Below, piece by piece: positions 1-13,182 of a DNA stretch of 64,000 nucleotides. The stretch covers positions 9,734,001 to 9,798,000 of the forward strand of contig OX597832.1 of NCBI GenBank assembly GCA_951406725.2. The letters are read 5' to 3'. The position numbers and the translations under genes are program-made. This stretch comes from Octopus vulgaris. Taxonomy: Eukaryota. Positions within the stretch are counted from its first letter, which is position 1. Each line of letters begins with the position of its first letter. The notes below the pieces were generated by a model that ran no database searches, was not told the DNA's origin, and was given only the letters and a program-made list of their open reading frames with translations.

Positions 1-489
1 TACATTCGTTTTCTATCCCATTGACCTCGTTATTATGACCATCGACAGAATCTGAAACGTCGGATCTATGTTACAGTGACCCTCAAATCACCCATAAAAA
101 TTCAGTACCATTGTATTCATCACACACCGAGTGCTCAGAGAATGGGTTTTGATCAAAACGATATCACTTTCCAATAAGAGAAACGTTTTAATGATATAAA
201 AAAGAAAACGAAAATAATTATTTAGGACGTAATGCATAACCTCCGCACGACAACGTATTTTTTAGGCATCATAACGTTCTACATATTGACAATGAAAGTA
301 TACCAAGCTCTGTACCTTGTAATTAATAATGTCTTTTAGTGTTTCCTGATACTGTTATTATTGCTGATATCAGAGATAGGCTAGTATCTATTAGCTATAA
401 TATCAGTGTCTTTAATTATAAGGATTAAAACAGTTCGCGAGCCAGTTATTTTCCTTCAGTTCATGTAGCAGTTATTGCGTAGGTTCATA

Positions 490-688
490 TCTTCTTCTTC
501 TTCTTCTTCTTCTTCTTCTTCTTCTTCTTCTTCTTCTTCTTCTGCTTCTTCTTCTTCTTCTTCTTCTTCTTCTTCTTCTCCTTCTTCATCATCATCATCA
601 TCATCTTCCATTTCTTCTTCTTGCTTTTCTTCGACTTATTTTTAATAACAGTAATAATAATAATAACGACAATAATAGAAATATTAAT

Positions 689-772
<84 letters not shown>

Positions 773-929
773 TGTAATGTAATTGTTGCTATTATGGATA
801 GAATTGTCATCTGTATATGTGTCTTATATTAGTTTTGTTCTTCTTTATATCTAATAGTCAATTGCTGATCTCGTTGTTGCTACTTGTAAAAGTAATGAAT
901 GTGCAGTAGAAAAAGAACACGAAGGAGGA

Positions 930-960
<31 letters not shown>

Positions 961-1092
961 AAGAAGGAGAAGAAGAAGGAAAAGAAGGAGAAGTAGAAGA
1001 AGAGGAAGAAGTAGAAGAAGACGAAGACGAAGTGGACGAATAAGAGGAATATAAACAAAACCGTATGATGTTGATGATGATGATGATGATGA
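490..1092. repeat. Compound trinucleotide microsatellite cluster: (TTC)n/(ATC)n, (AAT)n, (AAG)n, (GAT)n
   Basis: Directly visible runs at ~490-606, ~650-770, ~930-1030 and ~1065-1092. Confidence 0.97.
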
Positions 1093-1599
1093 GAAAGCTG
1101 AAGAATAATTGGAGGAAAATTAGGCGAAAACCAAAGGAAAAAAAAGAAACAAGATAACAGCGAAAAGAAAACAGTATTTCTATTAATTATGTCTTACAAC
1201 GGATATTTTGTTCACTACTTTATCTCTTCATTTTTTTTTTTTTTTTGAGAGGTTTTGCATTCGTTGGTTTTTGTTAGAAAATCTGAAATACTATTAGCTT
1301 TACTGAGGTTGTTCATATTCTCGTGAAATTGTCTAAGGAAACAAATGCTTAGTCATCACTAAGACACGTTGCCAGATTTATCATCATGTATTTCAAGAAG
1401 CAATTATTTAGTGATATTGATTAATAGACTATTGAGAGACAAAAATACAAAATGATAAAAAAAAAATAGCAGGAACAAAATTTTGCAGTCAACAATGTCT
1501 GATATATGTAGCTTTTTTGTACATATCTATTTATACACACACAAACAGACACGCGTATGTGTATATATGAGTAAATATAATGGCAATCACCTGTCCCTA

Positions 1600-1631
<32 letters not shown>

Positions 1632-1692
1632 GTTAATATATCTATATAGACAAATATGTATTATATATATATATTTATACGTATATATATAT

Positions 1693-4134
1693 ATAAAACT
1701 TAGATAAAACTTAGATATGTTTCGACCAGAGATTGGTCCAGGCCATGTCTAACTTAATAGCACCACCTGATAGGATTATTCGAATCCTGTTTAAGTCAAG
1801 TTTTGTTCAAGTAGTGAGTTCTTGTTGGGTGAGTTGTATCCAATTATGGGTGGCTTGTCTGGTATTCTTTGAAGGAATCCATCCAGACTCTGTTTGAAGT
1901 TGATGGGATCCTTTTCCTCTTTGATCTCCCTCGGGACAATGTTAAATAGGGCAGGGCCTGTTGAGGAAAAGAAATTATGTTGCAGTGTACATGTATGTTG
2001 TGATCTTGAATTTGGCAGGGGACGTATAGCCCGTGGTCCAAGTCTCGGATGAACCTTGAAGCTAATGTTTAGGTCGTTTGGGCAAAGTTGGCGGTATATT
2101 TTCCACATCGTACAAATGATGTACCGCTCACGGCGACGCTGGAGGGAGTAAAGTTTCAAGGCTTTAAGGCGATCCCAATAGTCGAGAGCAGCCATGCCTT
2201 CAATTTGTTTAGTGAGAGCCCTCTGGGGTGACTCAATTCTGGAGATGTTTTGTCTTGTGTGAGGAGACCACAGTGGGCAGCAGTATTCAAGGTGTGGTCG
2301 TACAAAGGATGAAAAAAGTGGTATGATGACACCTTGTTCTCTGGACCGGAAAGTTCTTAAGATCCAGGAACTCATCCTACGAGCTGTATCGACCTTCTTG
2401 TTGATGTGTGCACTCCAACTGAGATCGTCATCAACAATTACACCCAGGTCTCTGATATTGTTAGAGGCTGTGAGCGGTTCCCCTGAAGGAAGAGAGTATG
2501 GTTGTTTTAGTGAGGAATTTCTTCCAAAATGCATCAGCTCAAATTTTCCCTCATTCAGTTGCATTTTGTTTCTGTCTGCCCATTGACTCACAGCATATAG
2601 GTCAGACTGGAGTTGAGTTCGGTCTGCTTCTTCATTGACGATTTGCTGGAGCTTAGTGTCATCAGCGAATATTTTCACTTTGCAGTGATGTACGACACTG
2701 GAAAGGTCGTTTACATAAATTATGAAGAGTAGCGGACCCAAAACAGTTCCCTGGGGAACACCGCTGGTGACTTTTGCTGGGTTTGAGTGGACTCCATCAA
2801 CTACAACATGTTGTGTTCTATTCGCTAGGAAATACTGAATCCAGTGTAGAACTTTTCCACGGATTCCAACATTTGCCAATTTTGAGAGTAGGATGTTATG
2901 GTCTACCCTGTCGAACGCTTTACTGAAGTCAAGGTATATGACGTCAGAGTTCGAACCTGTTCCCAAGGCTTTGAGTACATCTTCAATGTGGTGTAAGAGC
3001 TGTGTTAGACAGTCCCTGCCACAGCGAAAGCCATGTTGATTTGAATTTAGGAGTTTGTGGGTCTCCAGGAAGTCAGCTATCCTTGATCTTAACACTCTTT
3101 CAAACACTTTAATGATGTGGGAGGTGAGTGAGATTGGGCGATAGTTGACTGCGAGGGATCTGTTTCCCTGTTTGAAAACCGGGATGACCGACTGGGATAG
3201 AAACTTATTCGGTATATAACCTGCGTCTAATGAGTTTCTCCAGAGGTTGGTCAGAGGGACTGCAAGTTGATATCTACATTCCTTCAGGAGACTGGCGGGA
3301 AATCTATCAGGGCCTACAGCGGAGTAATGTTTGACCTCATTTATTGCTGCTACGATGTCGGTGGCAGTGAAGGTTATGTCTGCGATTTTGTGTTGGGAGT
3401 CAGCTTCGTTCGTTTCCCTCACATCAATATCAGTGGGAACACTGAAGACAGAGCAATATTGTTTCTGCAGTATTTCTGCCATTTCTTTAGCATCGTGTTG
3501 GGGAATGCCGTTTTCATCAATCAATGGCCCAATAGGTGAGACAGTGGTTCTATGCTTATTTGCATAAGAATAGAACACTTTTGGGTTCTGTTTGATGTTT
3601 TTGATTACCCATTGTTCCTCCACAGCTCTTTGATTTTCAATGGAGGTTTTCATGTTAGTCTGCAGATGAAGTTTTTCCAGCTCTAGTCTTTTCATTGTTG
3701 TTGAATGTGGATGTTGCGTGTGGGAATATTTTAATTGGTTGATTTTTTTGTTGAGTCTTTTGATGCGCCTGATGAGTGTTTTTTTCTTTTTAGGGAGCCG
3801 GTTTCTGTTTGTGTTAGTAGATTTCTTGGGAGCGTGTTTAGAGCATGTGTCAGTGACAATGGTTTCAAAGTGCTGCCACGCGGTCTCAATATGAGGGGAA
3901 TTGAGAGTAAAAGACCAGTCGATGGAAGACAGATCCTTTCTGATTGTTCCCCAGTCCGCTTTGTGGAAATTTATGTTGTCAAATGGGTGCCATGGAGTGG
4001 GATTGGCTGGTTTGGTTTTTATACGTCGGGAATTAAGATTGCAGAGTACCATGTCGTGGTCTGAGAGGAGAGTTTTTTCGACTGAAATGCTGTGAACGTA
4101 GCTAGAGTGATTGGTCAGTACCAGATCCAAGATC

Positions 4135-4137
<3 letters not shown>
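1693..4137 (-). mobile_element. 5'-truncated CR1-group (CR1/L2-like) non-LTR retrotransposon inserted in a (TA)n tract
   Basis: Contains the intact RT ORF, a ~75-nt 3' UTR with two hairpins, and a tandem 11-bp tail (ATAAAACTTAG x2 at 1693-1714 on +). TA repeats flank both sides. Confidence 0.93.
1791..4130 (-). CDS. LINE ORF2 (C-terminal end of AP endonuclease plus reverse transcriptase), 5'-truncated, uninterrupted 779 aa
   Basis: APE C-terminal motifs LDLVLTN and LSDH. RT motifs [48 protein letters not shown] and RDLGV, plus CR1-type [11 protein letters not shown] and [10 protein letters not shown]. The listed start is not a true start codon because the element is cut at ~4137. Confidence 0.93.
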   Translation of the reverse strand: MDLVLTNHSSYVHSISVEKTLLSDHDMVLCNLNSRRIKTKPANPTPWHPFDNINFHKADWGTIRKDLSSIDWSFTLNSPHIETAWQHFETIVTDTCSKHAPKKSTNTNRNRLPKKKKTLIRRIKRLNKKINQLKYSHTQHPHSTTMKRLELEKLHLQTNMKTSIENQRAVEEQWVIKNIKQNPKVFYSYANKHRTTVSPIGPLIDENGIPQHDAKEMAEILQKQYCSVFSVPTDIDVRETNEADSQHKIADITFTATDIVAAINEVKHYSAVGPDRFPASLLKECRYQLAVPLTNLWRNSLDAGYIPNKFLSQSVIPVFKQGNRSLAVNYRPISLTSHIIKVFERVLRSRIADFLETHKLLNSNQHGFRCGRDCLTQLLHHIEDVLKALGTGSNSDVIYLDFSKAFDRVDHNILLSKLANVGIRGKVLHWIQYFLANRTQHVVVDGVHSNPAKVTSGVPQGTVLGPLLFIIYVNDLSSVVHHCKVKIFADDTKLQQIVNEEADRTQLQSDLYAVSQWADRNKMQLNEGKFELMHFGRNSSLKQPYSLPSGEPLTASNNIRDLGVIVDDDLSWSAHINKKVDTARRMSSWILRTFRSREQGVIIPLFSSFVRPHLEYCCPLWSPHTRQNISRIESPQRALTKQIEGMAALDYWDRLKALKLYSLQRRRERYIICTMWKIYRQLCPNDLNISFKVHPRLGPRAIRPLPNSRSQHTCTLQHNFFSSTGPALFNIVPREIKEEKDPINFKQSLDGFLQRIPDKPPIIGYNSPNKNSLLEQNLT

Positions 4138-4196
<59 letters not shown>

Positions 4197-4255
4197 CATA
4201 TATATGTATACACACATATATATATATATATATTTATATATACATATATATATAT

Positions 4256-4306
<51 letters not shown>

Positions 4307-4394
4307 TATATATATGCATACATTTATACTGTATGCGTATCTATATATATTACTTATGGATGTTTACATACATACACTGATAGGTATCTATCTA

Positions 4395-4448
<54 letters not shown>

Positions 4449-4450
4449 CA
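4138..4450. repeat. (TA)n / (TG)n microsatellite tract
   Basis: Directly visible. Confidence 0.97.
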
Positions 4451-4551
4451 TGCCTGTGCGTCCGTGTGCGTATTTCTTTGTGTATGCCTGTGTGCGTACT
4501 TGCGTGTTTGCGTTTGTATGCACATATATGATTCGTAATAGAATCTATAAC

Positions 4552-5265
4552 TTTGAGATCGTTGAGAGATAATTGTAGATATGGAAATGAATTGACACCG
4601 GGGAGAGGTGAGAGCAAGTTTTTCGTCAAATCTTTTCTTTGCTTATTGTCTTGAGAGTTTAGAAGTACCATATATGATTTTCGAAAAATACAAATGAAGA
4701 CTGCTTTCTTTGTTCTAGAAGGAATCTCATCTTTTAAATAACTGATATATATACACGCATTTTTGACACACGTTTTTCTAGTAATGAATTACTTGTGTTT
4801 GAAAATATGTATGTATATATGTATATATAAAATTACTAAACACTACTTATTGACCTAATCTGTATTGATTTATTCCTTTATACACACACTGTAATTCTAA
4901 TATATCAGACAATCCAACGTAACTCTCTTAAATTACGCTTGTCAAAATATGAAGTATGTACTACGTCGTGTTCCATATGTTTACAAACCATCCATTCATG
5001 TTATTTCTATATTAATGAGATTGTTTTTCCTGTTATTGCGATGTCTTTTTCGTATTGGTCAGTTTAGGCTTTTTGGTACACATTTTACATTTCATGGCCA
5101 TTTGGTCTATTAAATAGTTATTCAAAATCAAAATTCTAGAACAAAGAAAGCAGTTTTCTTTTTTTTTTTTTTACGCAAATCTCAAACAAATACGCAAAGA
5201 AAAGATTTGACTAAAAACTTGCTCTCGGGTCTCCATATCTACAATTATCTCTCAACGATCTCAAA
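4552..5265. mobile_element. Degenerate foldback/MITE-like element with long imperfect inverted arms (~4552-4720 vs ~5134-5265)
   Basis: Three collinear reverse-complement blocks: 4552-4585 vs 5232-5265, ~4610-4642 vs ~5194-5226, and ~4698-4720 vs ~5134-5156. No coding capacity, and TSDs were not identified. Confidence 0.6.
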
Positions 5266-7459
5266 TTAGTACATGTTCAAAGTACACATAAACCAAATGC
5301 ATCATTCGACAGTAATATGCCAATTCTGTATCTCTCAGTAGAGTTGGAACTACAAATGTAACCTTATTACATTCATTAACATTATTCCACTTATATCTAA
5401 AATGTTGATGTGCATGCAGGTAGTGCCTTAACAGAGAAAGAAACTGTTGTGCTTCACTATTGAGAATTATAGATTTTGGCAAAACCCACTACTGCTATGC
5501 GAAGTAATAGTTCCCAAAATCTCACATTGCATTTTAAGGGTTAATTGATACACTAGTTTTCAACGAATATTAAATGTCTCTTTTGCTTAATCTAGACACA
5601 CTAGGAAATACCTCTCTCACATGCGCAGTGATGCTGATATTAGACCGAAGGACATCCGACGTAGCACGTAAAGTACCACTTGACGGATTAGAAAGTGTCA
5701 CATGTCAATCGGCTCCATTCAGAAGCTCATAGCCGCTCTTTAATTCCATCTCGCTTAATTCCGTACATATTCCAAAGATTATTTTCATATTTTGGGTCAT
5801 GTTCACCCCAAATATCAAGCACTAAACTAAGCGAATATCCTATTCGCTTGTTTACGTACTGAGTTTTGAATCTCAAATATCTCGATAGATATTTCCTCTC
5901 TATTTAGTAATATTTGCAAAGATACATTTTACCATCTAAATTTGCAATTTAATGTTTCTCTTAGTCAGTTTCAAACTGTGGTACTCGAGACCAGTCATAA
6001 GTAAGGTTTGTTGCTTATAATCCAGTCTATTTATAATGAATATAAAATGTAAGTATACAAGAATACATCAATAAGAGTTTTGCTTCCTCTAGTGAAAGCT
6101 GTATGTATTTTTTCAGAAAGCGCCATACCAATATAATTGTATGCGGCATTTGTTGTTAGGCTATATGGGAAGACACAATAAAGGGGTTTTTATTAAATTA
6201 TCATTAAAAAAGAAGCTCCATTTGGTATTGAAAACAATTAACTATCAGACGAGAAGTTTCAACGTGTTCTTCAATCTCCTTACACCATTTATTTGGCGAT
6301 TTCTCACAAGAAATTTCGCTTTCATGTATAACAGCAATATTTAGTTGTCATTATCCGTAATCTACACCCAAAACACTACTTTGTATCGCTTGCAAACTCG
6401 ACCTCCACAATTACCAGCCTTCAATTTAATTTTCCGTTCCGAGGTTAATCGGAAACAGATTGCCATGCTATCCATAAGCCTTCACAGTAGTTCAATTATT
6501 TGATGAAAAAATACCACCAAAGCAACTTAGACTGTCCAATTGACGGGTGCGGTTGCTAGCATATATATGTGTGTGTGTGTGTGCGCGTGTGTTTGTGTGT
6601 ATATGTGTGTGTGGGAGAAGGAAGAGGAAAACAATGAATTCTACTTAGTAGTTATATCTATGTTCATAAATCTATGTACGCATGCGCAGTATACAAATGC
6701 TCCTGATCTCGATATATATTGAAACACCGTCGAAGGAATACTGAGATGTGTTACAGACAATTAAACAGGTCGAGTATTCAAGAAATATAACATATACCAT
6801 CCTATCACAATCGCGAATAAAAATTGAAGCATAAAAGAAGTGTATTTTAAATATACATATCTGTTGAAATTGAAATTATGTATTTCAAAAAAAACAACAA
6901 TTATCTATCAAGCCGTATATCAATATTGTAGGCCAGATTAATTCACGAAGAAGGATATCGCCATTCTAGCTTTCCATAGAACGGAGAACTGAGACATGTT
7001 CCGAAAAATGCGTGATTTTTTAGTAGTTTAAATTAAATATGAAACGCTGGAGATGCTATTTTATGATGTAAATTAATATTATGTTTAAAAACACTTCATA
7101 TTCCACATATTTATTTAAGCAGCAATACCTGATGCTGATGCCGCAGCCATAGAGAACCACTAATTCTATACCAAAAGTGGCTACAAAGAAACATGAACGA
7201 TAATAGTGAAGCATCGCAAAAATAATAGAGCATTAGGCATTAACAATAAATATGGAAATTTGCTTTCAATATATAGAACAAGCGTAACAGTACATTTAAG
7301 ATCAGCTTATAGATGCGTACTACTATCTGACCGAGTTCAAGTGTCTACGTATGGAAATATCTCACAATAGTTTATGTTTTAGGAATATGTGTAGTCTGAC
7401 TTGTACTATGAGTTAGTACAATTAGTCGTTTAATGATTTCTCTGCCGGAACTAGTGAAT

Positions 7460-7531
<72 letters not shown>

Positions 7532-7554
7532 CAATGATGATATATATAACAGGC

Positions 7555-8180
7555 CTGAAATGTACTTATTTTATTGACACAGAAATGTTGAGTGGCAAAG
7601 TCAACCTTGGCGGAATTTGAGAAATATTTAAAAGAATTTCAAATTGTGGCAGAATATTTGCAATATCAGGGGAAAGAGATTATTCAATTGCATCAAAGAT
7701 AATTACATATCAATTGATACCTAAATGATCGACTGTGAACGGATGGAAAACAACGTCGATAGTGACGGAAATTTTAACTGTAAACGTAGAGAACCAGTGG
7801 AGAAAAGGTGCTTTCCTTTTGGCCAGACATGATAATTTTTCTGCTTGATAATTCATTTCCATATCTACAATTATCTCTCAACAATCTCAAAGTTATATAT
7901 TCTATTACGAATCATATATGTGCATACAAACGCAAACACGCAATTCTTCTAACATTCATTTACAATAACTGTTTCAGATATCGTTACAAGGCCAACAATT
8001 TATTGTGAGTAAGCCAGTAGATTACATCGACCTTATTGTTCAAATGGTACTTATTTTATATATTTCGAATGGATGGAAAACTTTCTATACCGCAATTGAT
8101 CTCAGAATTTAATAAGTTGGATCACATAACGTTCGGTATATCTACTCGATGGGCTAACGGTTCTGTCAGTTCACAGCCTC
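7555..8180 (-). mobile_element. Decayed fragments of SINE family 1
   Basis: Motifs gtacttattttattgac and ggcaaagtcaaccttggcggaatttga (7560-7620) and gattacatcgacc...tggtacttatttta (8020-8060) match the better copies at 47769-48488. Confidence 0.65.
7850..7943 (-). repeat. 94-bp inverted copy of 4500-4593
   Basis: The reverse complement matches 4500-4593 with 2 mismatches. Confidence 0.93.
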
Positions 8181-9357
8181 ATCCTGCACTCGACTAATAG
8201 GTCTGGTAAAACGGCGAGGTTCGAAAATTCTACTATAGAATAACAATAATGACACTTGTAAGCGCTTTTCTCAATTGAACTAATTTCATATACACAAGAA
8301 TATTTAGCAATATTTTAGCGAGCGATAATAGCAGAAAACCTACATGTAAAATTAGTTATGATGTTTACGATATGCAACAGGTATTTGCAGTAAATGCAAA
8401 CAGGAATTACAGATACAAAAGACCTGTTACAATGGCAAATTCTGTTTCAGGCGTTTGTTCACAAAAAGAAAACAACTCATTTATATTTCCTTTTTTAAAT
8501 TTAGAATTCTGATATGCGAAGAAAAACATAGGTTTTGAGATCTGGGAGGCAATTACAAAACTCAATCTATTTCATTAAACCCATCAAAAGCATACGCACA
8601 AAACTAGGCGTATGTATATAGCTATAGACATGTGCTTGTGTATATGTGTGTTTACGTGTGTGTGTATGTAATTATTTATATGTAAAGACAGAGTGAGAGA
8701 CAGAGATAGATAAATTGATAGAGAGATATGAGATATTAGTATAATCAGATGTTTAGATCATTAGTTCCTACAAACGTGTCACCATTATGCCTCCTTTGCA
8801 AACTTCATTAGATATTCCCGAAGCTTTTGAACTACAACGTATCATCAAAGAATAAGCTATTTCAATGTTACAGAGAACTAAAGTAAAGAGTTGTGCAAAG
8901 CACTTTATAAGGATTTTCAGTTAAAGACAAAGAATATCAGTGTTGAAAGCGTTGAAAACGGCAATGTTTTTGGTTTGGGAAACTTCCTAGCTGTAAAAAT
9001 AAATCTTGTTACAATAAATTATGTCTTTGATTTATATAATAGAAAATAACTGATATATTTCTTTTCCCAGGCTTGAAGTAAAACTACTTCAAGTACTACT
9101 TTACCAAGATGTACCATCTATTCATAAAGTCATTAGGCTTCCCTAAAGGATTATATTTCATTGATGCAAGGAGATACTACTTGAAGAAAAGGGAGAAAAA
9201 ATTAAATGATAAATATTGATGCTGGTTCCATTTCGCATTGCATTCTCTACTTCAATGCATTCTTGTCTTTATCCCTTCTCTTTTCTCTTTTCCAAGGGGG
9301 TGGGCATGTATACGTGTATACACACGTGCATGCATGAATACAACATAGATGCATTCA

Positions 9358-9402
<45 letters not shown>

Positions 9403-10217
9403 CACTCTAACTTGTTTCATCACTTCTTTCCTCTCATTATTTTCTATTCATATTCACTGCATTCCTTTTATTATACCATTCTCGTTTTCCTTAGTACTTC
9501 TTTTACTTATTTACCAATTCATTCGTTGATATGTCCCTCTCAAAACAATTATAAAATGCCTGGTCATTTGCGCAACTCAAACATTAGCATATACTTGTGA
9601 ACTGATGACACATTGGGAATGAGTATCCAAATATATTGAGACATATTTCCAGGTACCAAGTAACCATAGTAGGAAATCCTTGTATAAACATTTGGGGACC
9701 GTAATATCTCCTGCATTTGCTTTGTATATATATATACATATATATATGTAAATGTAATATGCGACAATTTTTCGGTAGCCATGATAAAACTCTGAGTTTC
9801 AGATGCCGAGGTGGGAATCCACGCCGCTATCTCTTAAATTATCCGGCCATCGGGAAAAGTGCTATGAAAATGACTGTTATACCAAGGGAAATTACTGTGT
9901 GATTGATCGTTATTAAGACAAAAGATCTATTTGAATGACCGCTATGTAAGAGGAGGGAGTAAATGTAAGTGGGTAGAAATGCTCATAGTCTTCGAGTAAG
10001 CACACATGTTCATACCTACACATGCACGCTCTCACACCCTAGTGCATGCACCTAAACGTAATTCACCCTCACTAGAAACGTACACAACATCCCCCGCACC
10101 ATTCACCAAATATATATATATACATATATATAAATACATACAAACCCCCATACGCACGTGGACCAAAAAGGTTCAAACAGACGTCTAAATCTTACCATTT
10201 TTACCAATAGATATAGA

Positions 10218-10249
<32 letters not shown>

Positions 10250-10252
<3 letters not shown>

Positions 10253-11650
10253 GCTGAGTAAAATGCTAGCAACGTTTTGAAATTCATCGCAATATATTTC
10301 GACAATGCTGAAAATATATTCATCAATGTAAGTCCCATTACAACCAGACCATTTTTACAAACGACTTACAAGTTTGTTTATTCCGGTTCCATAAAAAGCT
10401 GGAGTTTGGTAGTCGGTAGGGAAAATGTCTGGGAAAAAGCTGGGTGAGGAAGAAAATCGTAGCCAACTTCCCTCAATTTCTGGAGCGTTATTATTTCAAC
10501 GTGTGTTCGAGCATCTTCATGAAGAATAATTGGACGCCTTCTGTTGACCTCTTTGGAACAGAGAAGAAACAGCTTCTCATTTATTTTGGCAGTAATGCTT
10601 TTTCTGGGTTTTAAGAAATTATAGTGGATGAGTCCAGTAGTAGGACATTAAACAGTCACCATTACCTTATTTTTGAGGAACTCGGATTGAAGAAAGACTT
10701 TCTGAGCTTCATTTTAGTTCATGCCCTGCGAAGAAGGTTTTTTTCATTGTTGAACACAATCCAGTTTTCATCGGAAATGACAATACGGTTGAGAGAAATG
10801 GATCGATCTGGTTACGAAGAAGAAGCGAAGAACAAATCTCATATCTGCGAATTTTCTGATTTTCATACAAACTGTGTGGTATCCATTTGTCAATCATTTT
10901 ATTTTAATTTTCCGATCACATGCAAATGTTTGCAGGCAGTTTTCTGCCTGTTCCTCTGCCAGTTCTTGAATGGATTTACGTGCATCGTTCTCAAGGACGG
11001 TCTTTAATTGACTGGCATCTATGACATGTGGGCGCCAAATGTGCCCACGTTCTTTAACAACTCATGTCTCCACTGCGAAATCGTTTAAACCATTTTTGAG
11101 CTGACCACTCACGAGTCACTTCATCACTAAGTATTTTGATGATATCGGGATCACTCTCAGCTGCTTAACTACGTTTGGTTTTCGAAGATGAATAGCAAAA
11201 TTACTTAAATATCACGCTTTGAACGTTCCATTTTAGATGATTGTAACAACCGTGAAAAAAATGTTTGGGCGAGGAACTGGCAGATTCTTTCGTGCACCGG
11301 CATTTCAACGGCATCTTCATCCTTAAGGCGGTAAGCTGGGAGAAACGGCAGCATACCAGGATAAATGCTTAGGTATTTCGTCCGTCTTTACATTCTGAGT
11401 AAAAAATTCCACCGAGATTGACTTAGCCCTTCATCCTTTCGTTGTCGATAAATTAAGTAGTAGTTGCATACTGGGGTCGATCCAACCGACTGGTCCCCAA
11501 CCCAAAACTTTCGGGACTTCTGCCTAAATTAGAAAAGAGGTATTTAGAAAAGTCTATGTCTGTATTATCAGACACCTGGAAATAAATTTTTTTAATCAAA
11601 ACTCTGCAAAAATACAGTGCAAATAATTGCTTACTTTATATTCAACTTAT
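10250..11650 (-). mobile_element. Fossil mariner-family DNA transposon with a SINE inserted near its 5' end
   Basis: Minus-strand translation gives KWIPHSLYENQK (WVPHEL motif), RIVISDENWIVFNN (first catalytic D), PHPA..PDIFPTDY (YSPDLAPSDY motif) and FYGTGINKLVSR...NGTY (C-terminus). Degenerate TIRs: tataggctgagtaaaatgctagcaa on the left vs tataagttgaatataaagtaagcaa (reverse complement of the right end). Confidence 0.88.
11325..11540 (+). mobile_element. tRNA-derived SINE, family 1 (octopus-type), nested in the mariner
   Basis: aaggcggtaagctgg head and gacttagcccttcatcctttcg...tcgataaattaagta core are shared with the other copies in the window. Confidence 0.85.
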
Positions 11651-11949
11651 AAACATTTGAAGATCCACGGAATTTTGTTGAATCTCAACACTATAGACCA
11701 GTTGAAACTGTGATTGAGCCTGTGCGTAATAGTTGCACTGTACGTGGATTTTTGTTGCCCAACTTTGATTACGTCACAGTTACGCTGTCAGGAATCAAAG
11801 CACCAATGATGAAAATGGAAGGTGTAGCAGGAGAATTTGCAGAAGAAACCAAATATTTCACTAAATCACGGTTGCAGCAAAGAGAGTTTAAAATCATTCA
11901 GCAAGGAACCTCTAACCAAAACTTCTTTGGAACAGTCATACATCCGAGA

Positions 11950-12978
11950 AGCAACAGTGCATTACTTACAAAATATAGTAAATATGTTTATATAGAAAAA
12001 TGCTCTACTTACACAGACAAGAAATATTATCAAGAATTAAAAGGCTCGAGAAAGTGTATCAGAAATTGAAAAGCTGTATCTGAGAGTTCGCTGGTCGGAA
12101 TTAATGATTGTAAGTTGATTCCATTGTCGGATGTTAGGAGCCCGTATCTGCAGGGATAAAATCTTACATTTGAGATGTTGACTGAAAGACTTAAAACGGA
12201 ATGGTTTTGTGTAGAGCTATGTGTATGAGAGGGAGAATTCGGGAGGTATTCGGATATAAAATAGTGAGAGGAGATAATGAATATCAAGGGTCATGGTGTT
12301 ATTGATGAGGCTAGTAGGGAGTTATAGCCGTAGAGGTGGAAAGTAGGAGAAAGCGGAAAGTAGTTTAGGTACTAGGTGAATGGTGACCTTTCTCTTCGTT
12401 TGTATGGAGGCTATACAATTAATGTTTGAGATAGTGAGAAAGAGAATGGCCATTATTTGAGGGAAAATACATTGCGTGGTTGAGTGGCTGAGGGAGATTA
12501 CTAAGGCATGTAGAAAGGTACGGGAAAAGACAGAGGGGTGGAAAAGTAGTGGGTGAGTTGGTTGTCAAAATGTTAGATGTTAATAGGGCAAAGCTATTGG
12601 ATTGGTATTGGAGAAGGAGTACCATGGTATGTAGAGGTGTATGACATTGAATAGAGACTCGAATCCCCCGACGATGGAATCAATTTACAATCGTTAATTT
12701 GAACCACCAAGACCCCAGAAACCGCTAGTGGATACGTAATTATTCATTCAACGCATTTAATTCGTGATGTCATTATTATTCTGCGTGCGTCGGGTATTTT
12801 GGTGCTTAATGTATTTAATATTCTTTGTATATCGACCAGCATAAATTTCTGATCCTTTCATCTACTCCTCTATTCACTCTCTACTCCTCTATTCACTCAC
12901 GTTTAAACCTCTTGAGCACTAATATGTGTATTCTATACGGGGAGTATCTGATTCTCCTCAATGAACTATAAACATATA

Positions 12979-12980
<2 letters not shown>
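11950..12980 (-). mobile_element. Old Penelope-like remnant with an inverted terminal segment
   Basis: 12099-12130 is the reverse complement of 12668-12699 (3 mismatches in 32 bp). It has a decayed hammerhead-like motif at 12661-12735, a strand skew like the young Penelope element, and ends at a (TA)n tract. No recognisable protein motif remains. Confidence 0.45.
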
Positions 12981-13070
<90 letters not shown>

Positions 13071-13074
<4 letters not shown>

Positions 13075-13182
13075 CCTGCTCGCTTAGCCAGCGGGGTGGC
13101 GTCATTCGAAGGCTAAAACAATGCGAACGCATTGTAACCAGCGATGTGTAACAACATATGATGGTCTGGTCGGTCACGTGAT

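Noticed and set aside
2323-4095. + strand ORFs overlapping the LINE
   Set aside because: Antisense shadows of the RT ORF with no motifs of their own.
9072-9093. Perfect 9-bp hairpin cttgaagta-aaac-tacttcaag after a splice-acceptor-like sequence
   Set aside because: Short and AT-rich, with no convincing donor or coding support.
11710-12069. 119-aa non-repetitive ORF
   Set aside because: No recognisable motif. It lies among TE debris and has a non-ATG start.
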